From assembly GCF_009914755.1 (NCBI RefSeq), contig NC_060933.1: a DNA stretch of 64,000 nucleotides; one strand, 5' to 3'. The number at the start of each line of letters is the position of its first letter. Position 1 is the stretch's first letter. Positions 1-17,371 of this stretch are shown here, in pieces. A model generated the notes under the pieces. The model was not told the DNA's origin, made no database searches, and saw only the letters and a program-made list of their open reading frames with translations. The position numbers and the translations under genes were made by a program. Origin of the DNA: the human T2T-CHM13v2.0 reference genome, Homo sapiens.

Positions 1-400
1 CCTTTAAACTTTCCTGTGCACCCTGCCCAGATCTCGACCGCCGGGACCCAGGGCTGGCGCTGGGTTCTTGGGAGAGTACAATACAGGGGATCGCGAGGAA
101 GGCGCCCCCAGCTGGGGCCCGCGGGCGGCGGGAGTTGGGGGTGGGTGGTGCCAGCCTACCGATCCCCAAGGCTTCCAGCGGTCTCCCAAACTTCAGACCT
201 TCCTCAGCTCACCCTGGGAATTGGTGATAGGGCAGCCAACCAAACCTCTCTATCCAGAGCCAGGCACCCTCTGGGGCACCCAAGTTTTGGGTGTTTTTGT
301 TCAATCCTGGCCAATCCTAAATTATCAGGGAGGCGATTGGCAGGGCTGGGTCGTTGAAGTGAGGTCTCTTTTCCGTTTCCTGGGCTGCTCTGGACCCCAC
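1..400. promoter_or_regulatory. Edge of a CpG/GC-rich region, possibly the tail of an upstream CpG island
   Basis: Clustered CpGs at 30-190 (gaccgccggg, atcgcgagg, cccgcgggcggcggg); truncated by the window edge. Confidence 0.4.
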
Positions 401-1912
401 CTTCCGTGAAAACACCTTGGGCTAAGCAGAGTGGGAACAGGGACCAACGCCACCTGCTTCCAGTGCTCAGCCTGGTGGGAATGACTGCAGGGTGTTCTGG
501 TCTCAGGATGGTCCACTCTTGAGCTATCTGGTGTGAGCCATATGGAAACTCCTCTCCCTCTGGCCCCTTCTGCTATTAAGGAGGGAAATTTTACCTTAAT
601 TTTGATTGTGAGTGGGTGAGTAGGTAGCTTGTCACCAATAAGGACCAATCTTTAACATTAGTCCTCCTTAATGTTAACTCCTTTCCGTGTTTTACTGACC
701 CAGGACAGAATACCTAAGAGTAAAAAAATGGAACCAAACACCTAGCTCTGGAGCCCAGGGAATCTGGGTTCCAACATCAGCCCCTGCTGCTCACTAGCTG
801 TGTATCTGTGGGCAGGTTTCCTAACCTCTCAGAGCTCAAGGGTCCCGTCCAAGGGGGATATAGGGAGGTTTTTTCGAGGTGAGGCGTAGAAGGCGCCTGG
901 CTCGTAGGACAGCCATCTTAAGCAGCCGATCTATACCCTGGAGCCTGTGCCCTCTTGCTGTCTGAGAGAGCCAGCATCCTTGTGCCTCAGTTTCCTCTCC
1001 CCCAGAAAGTTGGTAAGGACCAGCCCCTCTTAATCAGCCCTTTTGAGAAAAGTGCACAGATGCACACACCCACAATTTCAGTGGGTTTGTAGGCTCAGGT
1101 TTAAACAGCCTCACACATTCTTATCCCTGCAATGAACTATTCAGAATGTACAAGGCTTCTGTCTATCTTGATCTTTCCCCCTTTCCCCACCCCTTTTAGA
1201 CACCTGGAGGTAACTATTGTAAATGGCAAGGAAGAGCAAATGAACTAAATAACCAGCATGATGGGGAAAAGGGCTGACCTGCAGAACCTGGCCCAAAGTC
1301 ACCTTCAAGATCACCTGGCCCTCCTATCCCCGCATTCTTCCTTCCCTGGTGCTGTGTCCCCACTTGGTGAACATCTAGTCTTTTTTGCTAGGATCCTCTA
1401 GTGACGGTGAGTTCACTAGACAGTTGGTTTCATGATTGGGAAACTCTTGGTTTCATGATTGAGCAACATTCTTCCTGTTTGGGACAGAAATCTTTGTCTC
1501 TATGACTTCTATCCACTGGTTCTGGAACAACCCTTGGGGCATTTCTTACTGTCTCAATTATTCACTGTGGTCCCCTGGTGCCTGGCATTCTGTTCCATCC
1601 CTTCAGCATTCAACACACAGGCACTGAGGTTGGTAATGATCATAGCACTATTTATTGAGTGTTTATTATATGCCAGACCCTGCCCTGAGGACTTTACACA
1701 TATTATTTTCTTGCACCCATAAAACAAACCCATGAGGTTGATTATTTTCTTATCCTTATTTTGCATATAAGAAACAGGTTTAGAGAGGTTAAGGGACTTA
1801 CCCAAGATCCTACAACTGGTAAGGGGCTGGCTGGGCTGTGCACCAAACTCAGCATCTGTATCTGTCTTTAGAGCACATGCTTCGCTTTTGATCCTTGCTT
1901 GCATACATGCCT

Positions 1913-1947
1913 TTGTGTGTGTGTGTGTGTGCGCGCGTGCGTGTGTG
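1913..1947. repeat. (TG)n microsatellite with (GC) core
   Basis: tgtgtg...gcgcgcgtgcgtgtgtg. Confidence 0.9.
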
Positions 1948-2433
1948 CTCCTGGGACTGGTGTGTGCCAGCAATGCTTTTATCACAAGCACCTAGAGCAC
2001 CTGTTAAAATGCAGATCCCTCATCTCTACTCCAGGCCTGGGATCTCCACTTTAAACCACCCGCCACTCCCACTCCCCCCCAACCCAGGCCATTTTCTTGC
2101 AGGTCACAGTTCGAGGACCATAGCACTAAGGTACTCTTAGGAAGAGAACGTGGAATATAGTTTTCAACAGATCTGAATTTAGTCTTGGCTTCACTCTCTG
2201 GAGCTGGTTACTCTTCCTTTCTAGGGCTTTCTCCCAACTTAAGATGGGTATGCTGTTCCACCCACTGGTGGGTGGAATGGAGCAGGCCCTTGGCTGACGG
2301 GAGCCCTGGTGAAGTTTCTTCTGCCACAAGTGGATGTACTTGCGGGCAGACCTGTGGCACCCCCAAGATCACTGGCCTCTGCTTTCTAGGATTGGTGTGC
2401 CTTAGACGAGGCCCTCGTGCTCAGGTTATTATA

Positions 2434-3039
<606 letters not shown>

Positions 3040-5039
3040 TCTGCTCAGTTTTTTCACCCAGAGTGGTGAGGACCCTGGAGGGGTTGGCAGAAACCTCTCC
3101 CTCCCCTCAACACCTTCTTCCTCCATCCTCCTACTGTGGCCTCTGGCCCTCCCAGCCAGAAGGTGCTGGGCCTGCATCTCGCGGGGAGAGGAGCGGGGTG
3201 GTTCTGTTGTGCGTCTATCTATGTTTTCAATCTCCATCCCTTCCCTTGGAAGACCGCTCTGTGGGCCATTGGGCAGCTTTGGGGAAATGTCTGGCCCGAG
3301 GCTGCCTGGCCTGGGCTGACTCACTAGGAGAGATACAGGGTGGAGGAATCGCCTGCATAGACCCCAGCTGTATCACAATTCTGGCCTACCAGCTGTGCTG
3401 CAGACAGGGTGCTTGTTCTGCCTTGGACCTATTTGATCCTGCTGAAAGCACAAATTATTAAACACCCATTTTATGAAAGAGGTCACTGGAGTCCAGGAAA
3501 CTGCAGTGACGTGTCCAAAGCCCTAATGTGTGTATGTGGGCAGGGGAGGGAGCGGTGATAAGAGTCAGGACCTAAATCCAGGTGCCTTGACAATAAGGCA
3601 CTCTGGCCTTTTTTGCAGTCTTGTTCATGCCTCACTATTTTTCTGCCCTATCTGGTTGTGGCTTTGGTGCCAGAGCCCTCACCTGGAAGCTTGAAGACCT
3701 GGGCCACGATCAGGCTGTGTGATCTTGGGCAGGGCTGGTCATCTCTTAAAACGTTAGGTTTCTTTTCTGTAAAGGGGCTGAAGGTGGGGCTTTTTGTCCA
3801 GATCTCTGAGGTTCTTTCCCACCTTGACATTTACAAGTTGGGCTCTGTCTGCATTTCCTGTCTGGGTTTCTAGGGAGAGGTATTCATGATGGGCTCAGGG
3901 CATGGGTGAGGGGTTGAGTTGGGCTGGAGGGCAGAGTGCTCCATGGGAATTACTATGAAAGGGGCCAGAAAGGCTCTTACGGGAATGGTGGCCAGTGGGG
4001 CCAGGACACCTGGGGGCAGTCCAGAGGGGGACAGGTAGTGGAGGAAGCCCAGGGAAGGGGGAGGTCACTTACCTTAGAATTACACAGTGTTTTGCACCCT
4101 GATCCTTGCAAGAAGGTGATGGTGGGAATGACTGGGGGTCAAGGGCAGGAGCCAAGGGGGAGCGTGGGGGCACTAGGGCCAACCCCACTGCAGGCCCTCT
4201 CAGCCCTGGGTAGTCTTGACCAGGAGACAAGGGGGACATGTAAGAGCCTTGTCTCCCTTCCAAGCCATCACATGTCTCTCCTCTGGGCTTCCTCAGCCTT
4301 TCCTGAATCTGACCTGAACGGTTCTAACCTCTCCCTGGGGCGAGCAGCTGGCTGAGGGGGTCCAGCTGCCTGTTTCCCATCCCAGGTGGGCCTCCAGCAA
4401 CCCAGCTTCCTACAGTAGCCCTTAGTAACCACAGCCTCTGCTGGCCACTTACTGTCATGTGAGTGACTTCCTGTTAACCACGAGATCAAAGCCAAGCTCC
4501 CTGGCCTGGCAAACACGGCCCCATGTCTGGCTCCAGTTTTCCTCCCTGCCTCTTCTTTCTCTGCTCTTCAGGTTTTATGTTGCCTGGACTTGGCCTGTGA
4601 CTTCCAGAATGCCCTTTTCTCTCTGCCACTGCTTACTGCCCAAATTCTTCCTGCCTCTCTGGGTGTAGCACCAATTTCACCTCCATTTGTTCTCATTGCC
4701 CCCCTAAGGGTGAGCCGTTCCTCCGGGCTTGTAGCTCCTTCTTACTAACTGCCCTGCTTTGCCTGTCGTTGTCCGCTGCCTGTCCCCCGTGATGGGCTCT
4801 GGGCTTTAGAAATTGCTCTAGTGAATGCCCTAGTGAATGCTTGGAAAGCTTTGTAGAGTTGGACTAGCTTTGAATCAGGCATGATTTTTCCACTCCTGCT
4901 CCAACTGCCGTGCCTGCACCCCCCTCCTCAACAGAGTCAAGTGGAGAGCCTCGCAGTCTGCTCTGGGCAGGGCTGGCTCTAGCAAGGGACAGAAGAGAGA
5001 TGCCTTTGGTTTGCAGAGAACTTCTCTGCCTCATTTGGA

Positions 5040-5350
<311 letters not shown>

Positions 5351-5540
5351 CCATCATTTGGATTGTTCTTGATCTGCTTCTTAAAAAAAACTTTATTCTG
5401 GCTGTGTGGCATCAAGGGGGACCGGCCTAAAAGCAGGTTAGGGAAAGCCACCTGTCAGTGTCAGTCCCCACCTGCAGGCTGAATTTCAGGTCTCAAATGA
5501 GAATAGCCAAATTCACCTGCTTCTTTAGAATTATTGTTGG

Positions 5541-5841
<301 letters not shown>

Positions 5842-6092
5842 TAGCATTTTCTTAAGAGTGTTTAAAAAGTACTTGTGAAGGGCCTGTGGGGGTTATTGGG
5901 ATTGTGTCGGGGGCCCACAGACATGGTCCCCACAGACATGAACATCGAGGAGTCACATAACTGTTCTGGGGTTGCACAGTTATTTGTGGCCAGAAAGTCC
6001 ACAGAAACATCTGTCCCTGAGTTCAGAGAGGGCTGTTGAGTCTCAGAGGCCAAAAGGGAAAGAAAAAAATGAGGACCAAAAATATATACTAA

Positions 6093-6437
<345 letters not shown>

Positions 6438-6765
6438 TTATATCACACTTTCTGGTGTGCAAGGTGCTTTCTGCAGAGGGTCCCCTCCCAGTCCCCCTGT
6501 GACTTTCTGCTGAGGAAACCAAGGCTCTGAGAAACACAGCTCAGCTCCCATGGCTGGAAGGATGCAGCTCAGGACTTCCCTGACTCCCCTCACTCCAGGT
6601 CCAGTGCTCACGGGCAGGGCTCAGAGTGGCTGTTGGAAGGAGGCTCTCCTTATTGACGGCTCCCAATTCAGAGTGAGGATTTTTTTTTCTTTGACATTCT
6701 TGTGTTGGGATCATTTTCCCTGTTACCATCATTGGATGAGTGTGAACTCAGGCAGTGGGGGGTGA

Positions 6766-7119
<354 letters not shown>

Positions 7120-7346
7120 TGAACGTAGAGAACACCTGCGCAGATGGGTCAGGTGACCAGGTCAGAGATCTCTGTCCTGAAGTAGGAAGCCCCCTGTCCT
7201 TGTAGGTGACAGTGGCTGATACCTAGTAAAGACTCATCTTGGAGTGAGGTCTGATGGATGCTAGGGTACTGGAGGGAGAGGAGAGAGATTGATGATGGTC
7301 TGGTTTTATGTTCACATACTCCTATCATTCCTTTGGGTTTTTCTTA

Positions 7347-7642
7347 TTTTTTTGAGATGGTGTCTTGCTCTGTTACCCAGGCTGGAGTGCAGTGCCACAA
7401 TCATGGCTCACTGTAGCTTGAACTCCTGGGCTCAAGCAATCCTCCCATCTGAGCCTCCAAAGTAGCTGGGACTGCAGGCAAGCACCACCATGCCCAGCTA
7501 ATTTTTTTATTTTTTGTATAGATGGGGTCTTGCTGTGTTGTCCAGGCTGGCGAACTCCTGGCCTCAAGCAATCCTCCCACTTAAGCAATCTTCCCACTTT
7601 GGCCTCCCAAAGTGCTGAGATTACAGACATGAGTCACCACCC
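7347..7642 (-). mobile_element. Alu (J-like) with short internal tandem duplication
   Basis: aagcaatcctcccactt repeated as aagcaatcttcccactt near 7566-7600. Confidence 0.85.
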
Positions 7643-8956
7643 CATCGTTCCTTTGTTGCTTCCTGTCCTACTTACTATTGCCTTATCAGTTTATCTGTCT
7701 CTGCCCCTGCCCCTGTCCTTAGACAGAGGCATCCTAGCACAGGTGCCTCATGGTTTTCCCCTCTGGGTGACCCTGGAGCAAGACCAACCTCTTAAGAGGG
7801 GAGGGGAGGGAATGTGAATAAGTAAATAAATAAGCAGATGAATGAGGGACTCTTCTCAGCATCTTTGGTGACCCTGTCTGACTATCACTGGCTGTAGAAT
7901 GTGTGACAACTGAGTCTACCAGGCAACGGCTGTTTGCCGGGAGCAGCAGGACCCAGCCAGAAGACATAATGGAAGCAGGCCCTGGCCAGAGCAGGGACCT
8001 CAGAGCCTTTCCCGGCAGAGGGAACGCAATCAAAGCTGGCGCTGCTTCCGGGAGGAGAGAATTCCCAAAAGGCTCTGTCAGCCCCTCTGATAGGGATCTG
8101 CAGGGTGTGTGAGAGATTTGTTTTTCAGCCAGGATGTGGGGAGTTAAAAATAGACACCCTAATCCCTTGAGTTCGTGTCACACTTGACGCTGTGCAGAGC
8201 CCTATGGCTCCATTATCTCACTTGAGTGGCTCGGCAGCCTTTGACGTGGGGAGAGGTTGCACTGCCCGCTTTATAAATGAGCGTGTGGAGGTGCGTGCCC
8301 AATTTCTTACTTGAGACTGTACCCCAAATTCAGTGGCAGAACCTGTCTGATCCTCAGCCCCTGAGGTCTGTGTTTTATATTCTTAGGAGAAGCCAGATGA
8401 GAGTCAACAGGCTCCAGGAGGGAAGCGGGTTGGTGGAAACAATAGGGGTAGATTTTTAAGCAAAGCAGCAAGGATGGCAGGGAGACTGAGAATGAATTGA
8501 GGTCCCAGGGAGCAAAGGCTCATGATGGGCTTGGGGAGCAGCCGAGGACTGTAACTGGTTGGAGCAGGAGTTGGGGGGGTAAGGTAGTGATGGGAATAAA
8601 GCAGAAAAGTACCATCAGGACCCCAAATCGAGGACCTAGAATGCTATGATAAGGATAGTGAACATAAAGCTGTAGGCAATAGGGAGCCATTGAGGATTAC
8701 AGAGCACAGTAGCTTCCTGCTGTAACAACCATGCATTGCAATGATGTGCTAACTGGCTTTGCTGTAGGTATTACTTTATGGTGTTTGACAGAATATATAT
8801 TTTTTAAACCCTCAGAAGACACCTGTCCATCCTGACCTCTCCTTATGGAACCTTGCATCGTGCTAGGGGGAGCACCCCGTTTTCTGCTGCCTCTTGGTTT
8901 GGGGAGGAGCCCCCTCTGGGGCAAAGTCTGTAACTAGGTTTCTCGGCTTTTTCTAG

Positions 8957-9286
<330 letters not shown>

Positions 9287-10083
9287 TAATCTAGGTGCTC
9301 CTGGTTGTCCATCTGTCTGTCTTCCCCATGGTGGGAGGAATTAAGTGACAGGGAGGAGGTAGTGGCTGAAGTTCTAGCCCAACCTGACTCATTGAAACTT
9401 TTACAGGCTGTCTAGTGCATCTGACACCCTGCCACTGACAAGCTCCCAGACCACCAGGATCAGTTTTCTCCACTTCTCACTTCCATCCCTCCCGCTTTGG
9501 GACCCCCATTCGGCTCCCAACTTCTCCAGGCATCCTGCACTGATTGTTCCAGCAACACTGACCTTTTCTGTACATTTTAGTGCCCATGGCCCTCTAACTT
9601 GTATGTTTATTAACTCTTTGCTCCTTCCCTAGCTAGGCCAAGGCCCCTGGTGGGCAGGACAGGAGCTAAGCAAGATGTAAGCTGGACAGACCATTGGAAA
9701 TCTTCTGGTGCGATCTATCCATTTTAGAATTAGGGGGATAGAGGCCTGGGTTTGCCTAAAACTTCATGACAAGTTCCTGGCAGAGCTGGGATTCAAACCT
9801 GGATCTCCAGGGCTATCTTGGTCCTTGGCTGCAACATCACCCACTTCCCAGAGCCACCCTGCTTCTCAGCTCCAAGAGCCAAGAATTCCCAGCTCTGCAA
9901 GAATCCCAGTTTTGCAGCCTTGGCTCCTCCTGGGGCTGGGAGCCAGCAACGCCAAGCCTGCAGGTTCCCAGAGAGGGCTCCTGGCGTCGGTGTGGCTTAG
10001 TCACAGGGATGAGATCACTACTCACCTCTGGATAGGGGAGGATGCCAAGGTTTGGGAACTTTCACTCTGAGCTACTTGATTTT

Positions 10084-10109
10084 GTGTATGTGTGTGTGTG
10101 TGTGTGTGT
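10084..10109. repeat. (TG)n microsatellite
   Basis: Direct reading. Confidence 0.85.
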
Positions 10110-10999
10110 ATAAGAAAAACAAACCTTTTGGTTGGGACTTTGTACTTGGCTCATGAACTGTGGGCTTGGGGAAGCTGCTGAGCCATGATAAGCACTTGTA
10201 CTGTGCCATCTCACAGCTTCCCAGGATAGTGGCTCTGTGTTAGGAAGGAGCTTGGACCAGAGCCAGAACCTGGTGTTAGCATTTGCTCTGCCTCACATTG
10301 GCTGTGTGACCCTGAGTACGGTGCATGGCCTCTCTGGGCTGTAATGATAATACCTAGCAGCTCACACTTTCTGAGTACTTCCCATGGACCAGCCACTCGG
10401 CTCATCAGCCCATTTAGTTCTCACAATAGACCTGTGAGATCCTGTTTTCACCTCTGTTTTGCAGATGAGGAAACTGAGTCCCAGAGAGGAGGAGTGACTT
10501 GCCTAAGGTCACCCAGCTGGGAAGGGCAGAGCCAGGGTTGGAATGCAGGTCTTCCCAACTCCAAAGCCTCTCGTGTCAGGCACTCTGCTGCCCTGCCCTC
10601 TAGCTGCAGGGCTACCTCCTAAGGGATTGTGGAAGTGTAAGTATGGAGAAACCAGGTGTAATTCAGCACGTGAGGGGTGGGAAGGTGATGGATGAAGGGT
10701 CTTTTTCTACGCTGATATCGTTCTCCATCTCCCCACTGTCCTTGAGTAGTGCTGTCCTTGAATAGTCAGAGGGGGGCGCAGAGGAGAGCAGGTACAGCGG
10801 TATGCAGGCTCCATGAGAGGAAGGGCGTATTTGAAGATGATTTCACGGACCGCCAGTCCTGGGCCCATCTCTTTCCACCCCCTGTAGGTCACTGGCTTTG
10901 TGAATGTTGATTGTAATTCCTTTCCCATCCTCCCCTAGAAGGTATCTTCAAGGCAGGGGCTCGCTAAGGGATTTCCTTTTGAGTGGAGTGACCATAAGA

Positions 11000-11303
11000 T
11001 TTGTTTGTTTGTTTGTTTGTTTTTGAGACAGAGTCTCACTCCATCACCCATGCTGGAGTGAGTGGTGCAATCTTGGCTCACTGCAACCTCTGCTTCCTGG
11101 GTTCAAGCAATTCTCCTGCCTGAGCCCCCTGAGTAGCTGGGATTACAGGTGCCTGCCACCACGCCCGGCTAATTGTAATTTTTAGTAGAAACTAGATTTT
11201 GCCATGTTGGCCAGGCTGGTCTCGAACTCCTGACTTCAAGTGATCTGGCTGCCTCAGCCTCCCAAAGTGTTGGGATTACAGGCATGAGCTGCCATGCCTG
11301 GCC
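11000..11303 (-). mobile_element. Alu (S-like)
   Basis: Dimeric Alu; tgaccata duplicated on both flanks. Confidence 0.9.
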
Positions 11304-11464
11304 TTGACCATAGGTTTTGATTCAGATTTGGAACAGAAATCTGTTGATGGCCACTGAATCCTGGGCTTGGAGTAGGAGCTAGGGGAAGCACCAAGTAACT
11401 CGTTCCCACCCCAAGGAAGCTGAGTACAGCAGACAGGCTAAGGGTGTGTGTGTGGTCTAAGGTC

Positions 11465-12000
<536 letters not shown>

Positions 12001-12137
12001 ACTTATTATTTGCATTATTATTACTGATGGTCTTCTTAATGCACTTTATAGCAGTCTTGGGATCCTCTGGCCATACCCCTTTCCAGAACTTACTGCCTTT
12101 GGTGAAGGTAGTTCTGGGTAGGGGAAGATCTGAATTA

Positions 12138-12366
<229 letters not shown>

Positions 12367-13734
12367 TATTATTTTTAATGTGAATGATTTTTCTCTTGGA
12401 GATACACAGGGTCTCAAATTGGCCAAAAAAGGTGTCTGAACATGGGTTTTTAAGGGAGCTGCTTTGATGAATAGAGAAAGGGGATAATAGAGAAAAAGAT
12501 TTCTTTAAGGTGCTTGAAATTTATCTTTTGCATGGTATCCACAGTCCCCGTGAGCTTGTTTCTGCTGTGTAAGTCACCGGGGTGAGTGTCTGTTGAAGCA
12601 GGCATGCGGGGTAAAGGTGGGGCAGGGCGGAACTCCAACAAGTCTCAGCTGCTGCTCCTCCCTCTCTCCCTTCCGAGAACCGCCAGGGTCCTCCTTAGAG
12701 AGAGAGCCTGCTCAGTCTTTGGGGAAGCCACAAATTGGTGAAGTTGCTGTAGACAGCAGTGTGTGTGTGTTTGTGTGTTGTGTGTACGTGTTGGTGGGGG
12801 GAGGTAAGAGGTCAAGTGGGTTTCCCAGAGGAAGAAAGGCTAGAGCCAGGCCCAGGAGGACAACTGCTCAGGTTTCTGCAAACAGGATTGCAAAATCACT
12901 TTTCCCGAGCTTACCCAGTTCTCCATCGGAGTCTTGCAGCCAGGTCAGCTGGGAGCCCCCAAGCTTGGCAGTTAGGACACTTGGGGAGGTGTGGGGAGGG
13001 GGGATGTCAAATCCTGCCTCAGTTTCCCCATTTGTCCTGGCTATTCCTACAGCCCCATTTATCTAGGCTATGCTTTCGGACAGGAAACAGAGGGATGTGG
13101 AAGGAGAAGATGCAGGTTTGGGATAAGAGTTGAGTCTGTCACTTCCCACTGTGTGCCCTCAGGCAGGTCCTTCTGCAGCTGCCTGGGCTCCTCAGTGTTT
13201 TGAGGCTTCGGTGAGGTAATGTGTGTAAAGTGCTTAGCACAGAGCTGGCATGAAGTAGTGTCTGTAATTATAAACCACCTTGGCCACTGTTGTTTTTAGC
13301 TTGGGACCCACCTTACCCCGACCTGACTGCCCTTGCCTCTTGCCTTCCCTGGAGTTCCTGTTTGTTGTTGACATCCTCCTCACCAACTAGTGCAGGGATT
13401 TTTAAAGTATTTATATCCTTGCTGGAATTTCTCTTTGCATTGTTTAGTTAATTACCAAATTGAATTACGGCAAATAATTTCACTTCCTTTCCAGTGCTAG
13501 GGCAGGAAGTGGCCCGGTGCCTTTTTTTTACTGTGATTGAGATGATTATTGAGATATTTGATGATGATGATGTCTCCTTCCCCTGAGAGGTTCGCTTCCT
13601 CTTAGATCAGCTCCACTGGCCCCATAAATCAAGGCAGCAGCCACGTGCTTGGAACATAAATCTTGTCGAGGATGTTGATGTGTTTGGCCACATGTGGTTT
13701 TTGGTGTTTGGGCAACTTCTCGCAAACTCGCGGA

Positions 13735-13868
13735 GGGATAGTTGAAAAGGCTCCCTTTAAATACAGAACAAATGACCTGTGCACTTATTGGAGAAGTGCT
13801 GGGATAGTTGAAAAGACTCCTTTTAAATATTCAGAACAAATGACCTATGCACTTGTTGGAGAAATTCT
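13735..13868. repeat. Diverged tandem duplication, 2 x ~67 bp
   Basis: gggatagttgaaaag...cagaacaaatgacct..gcactt.ttggagaa at 13735-13800 and 13801-13868. Confidence 0.9.
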
Positions 13869-14316
13869 GTCCAATGGCATACAAATTAAAAATCAAGGCA
13901 CAGGGAGAAGTCTTCAGATGGCAAGAAATCAGTGGCTCTTCTCCGCAGCTTGATAGTGTTGATGGTGTTGGCTTCTGCCCTGTCCCTCATGGCTCTAGGG
14001 TGGAGAAGCAGATTGGATAAAGACATGGGGTTGAAACTGATGTGCTGGGGGGCTTCAGATCCCTGCCCTGCCACTTAGTAGCTGCAGGAATTAACTGCGG
14101 CCACTTAATTTTCCTGGGTTCTAAAACAAAGGATACAAGATAACCGGCTTCATAGGTCTATGTTGTAATAGTTTTGCTTCACACAATGCCTGGCACATGG
14201 TAAGCACTGGTAAGTAAGCCATTACTTTTAACTCAGGGATCCTCATCGTGTTCTTTACCCAAAGACCCTTCCCATCCTACCTTTCTAGCCTTGACCTCCT
14301 TCTTGCAAGATGATAA

Positions 14317-14667
<351 letters not shown>

Positions 14668-14739
14668 CCACCTCTGCAATTCTGTTGTGCGGTTTCTACT
14701 ATTTGGAACATCCCCTATTTGGTCTCTGCCCATAGAATC

Positions 14740-15062
14740 CTTTCTTTTTCTTTCTTTCTTTCTTTCTTTTTTTTTTTTTTGAGATGGAGTCTTGCTCTAT
14801 TGTCCAGGCTGGAGTGCAGTGTTGCGATCTTGGCTCACAGCAACCTCTGCCTCCCAGGTTCAAGCGATTCTCCTGCCTCAGCCTTCTGAGTAGCTGGGAC
14901 TATAGGGGTGCACCACCGCGTTCGGCTACTTTTTGTATTTTTAGTAGAGACAGGGTTTCGTCCTGTTGGCCAGGCTGGTCTTGAACTCCTGACCTCAGGT
15001 GATCCACGAGCCTCGGCCTCCCAAAGTGCTGGTATTACAGGTGTGAGCCACCGTGCTGGGCC
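14740..15062 (-). mobile_element. Alu (S-like)
   Basis: Dimeric Alu with (TTTC)n/T tail. Confidence 0.9.
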
Positions 15063-15174
15063 TCTTTTCCTTTCAGAAGTTATCTCAAGCACTGTGCCCT
15101 CCATGAAATTTCCTATGGCCCCTCAACCTTAACTGCCTTAGTGTATCCTTGTTACGCCTTATGTCTGCAATAGT

Positions 15175-15430
15175 TGTCGGCCCAAGTATGTTCCATGGAA
15201 TGGTAACCTGGTAAGATGCTTTGTAGAAAAGAAGGTTAAGAAAAGGCTGCTGAATACTTTATGTACCTGTTTTGTATAGTACCAATCCATATGAACAATT
15301 TTAAAGGTTCTGAGAAATCCTGCAGTAAAGAAACCTGCTGAGATTTGTTTACTCCAGAACTTTCCAAACCTCTGACTGTAGAACACTTTCTTCTTGGAAT
15401 GCCTATTGATAAGCTTTGCGACACTCCTGG
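15175..15430. mobile_element. hAT-Charlie-type MER remnant
   Basis: aaggttctgagaaatcctgcagtaaagaaacctg resembles old MER DNA transposons; family unassigned. Confidence 0.4.
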
Positions 15431-15651
15431 AGAGGTGGCGTTGTAGACATCTATATAACAGTTTGATGCTATCTCCTCTTATAATGAAGGAAACCAAAGC
15501 CCAGAGAACTCAGTGACTAGCCTCAGGTAAATCCCAGTGTCTACCACTCCATCACCTCTTGGGTCAATTGGCAGGTCCTTTATAATGAGTGTCCAAGGCT
15601 GGGTGGCAAGGAAGGGCTGGACATGGTAGCCAAGGACCTGCTTTCAAATAA

Positions 15652-16011
<360 letters not shown>

Positions 16012-17079
16012 TAACTGCTAATCTTGTGTCCCTGGGCCCATGTGTAACAGGAGCCTTGGGACCCTGTTGTGTCCCTGCCCAAGAAGGGACATGAGAGTCA
16101 AATGTCCTTTGAGAACCCAGCCCTGTCCCTGGGCCTGGGACCCCAAAATTCGACCCCACCTTCCTCCCACCCGGATCCCTGGGGATTCCTGTGGCCCTAT
16201 GTGGTTGCCTCCTGCAGGATGCAGGCGAGGGAGGGGCGGGAAGGCTGCAGGGAAGAGAAGAGCCTTCTGTTTATTGAGGCACAGCCTTCTCCTGCCTTTC
16301 TGGGGGAAAATGCTCTCTTTTAGAGTCCTCTTTTTTATCTGAAATTCTCTGGGGAGCAATTACCTGACAGTGGGAATTATCTGCTGTCTTTATTCTAGTG
16401 CCTGTCTGCCTGAGTTCCTTCTTGGAGTAATTGATTTTGGTAATTCAGAGCTTCTGAACGTTTCTTAGGGGAAGGTGTGGGTGCAGAGGCAGGGGGATAC
16501 CCACATAGGCGTTTTTAAAGGCGTTGGCGGCTAGCGGCTCTGCTGGTGGTAGTTGGTGACAGGGATGGAACAGTGACTAAAAAGAATGTATTTTTTAGCT
16601 TTGAATTTTTCCCCACTTATACGGAAGGTGTGTGGGTTGCATGGGAGCGCTCCTGACTGTGGAACTGGGGCGGGTTTGCTGAAGGGAAGTAAGGAGTTGA
16701 AAGGCAAATTGTCAGGTCTGATGGGCTTGATCACTCTTCGCCACAGGCAGGTCAGTCCTGAGTACCGGCCCTGGCCCGACCCTGGCCCTCACCATCAACC
16801 TTTGGTCTGCCAGGGAGCCTGGGAGGTGGCAGAAACTCCTTGGAGAGCCTTTAAAGAGAGCAGCGGCTCCCAGTTGGCTTGACCTTTCTGCTGGGCAGAC
16901 CGAGGTACTGGCTCCAGACCCTGCTGCCCCAGGCACTGCTGTCCCCTGGGAGAAGAGGGCTGGCCAGGGCACCTGGCTTAATAGGGGGACAGAGAAGGTC
17001 ATGAAGGGTGGACCTCAGTGTGAGGGGCCTGGGTGACTGGAGAGGTTTATCTGTTCCGTGAATAAAAAGGGAGTAGGGT

Positions 17080-17371
17080 GGCCAGGCACGCTGGCTCATG
17101 CCTGTAATCCCAGCACTCTGGGAGGCCGAGGTGAGCAGATCACCTGAGGTCAGGAGGTCGAGACCAGCCTGGTGAAACCCTATCTCTACTAAAAGTACAA
17201 AAATTAGCCAGGCATGGTGGCACGCGCCTGTAATCCCAGCTACTCAGGAAGCTGAGGTGGGAGAATGCTTGAACCCAGGAGGTGGAGGTTGCAGTGAGCC
17301 GAGATTGGGCCACTGCACTCCAGCCTGAGCAACAGAGCAAGACTCTGTCTCAAAAACAAAACAAAACAAAA
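17080..17371 (+). mobile_element. Alu (S-like)
   Basis: ggccaggcacg start, (AAAAC)n tail. Confidence 0.9.
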
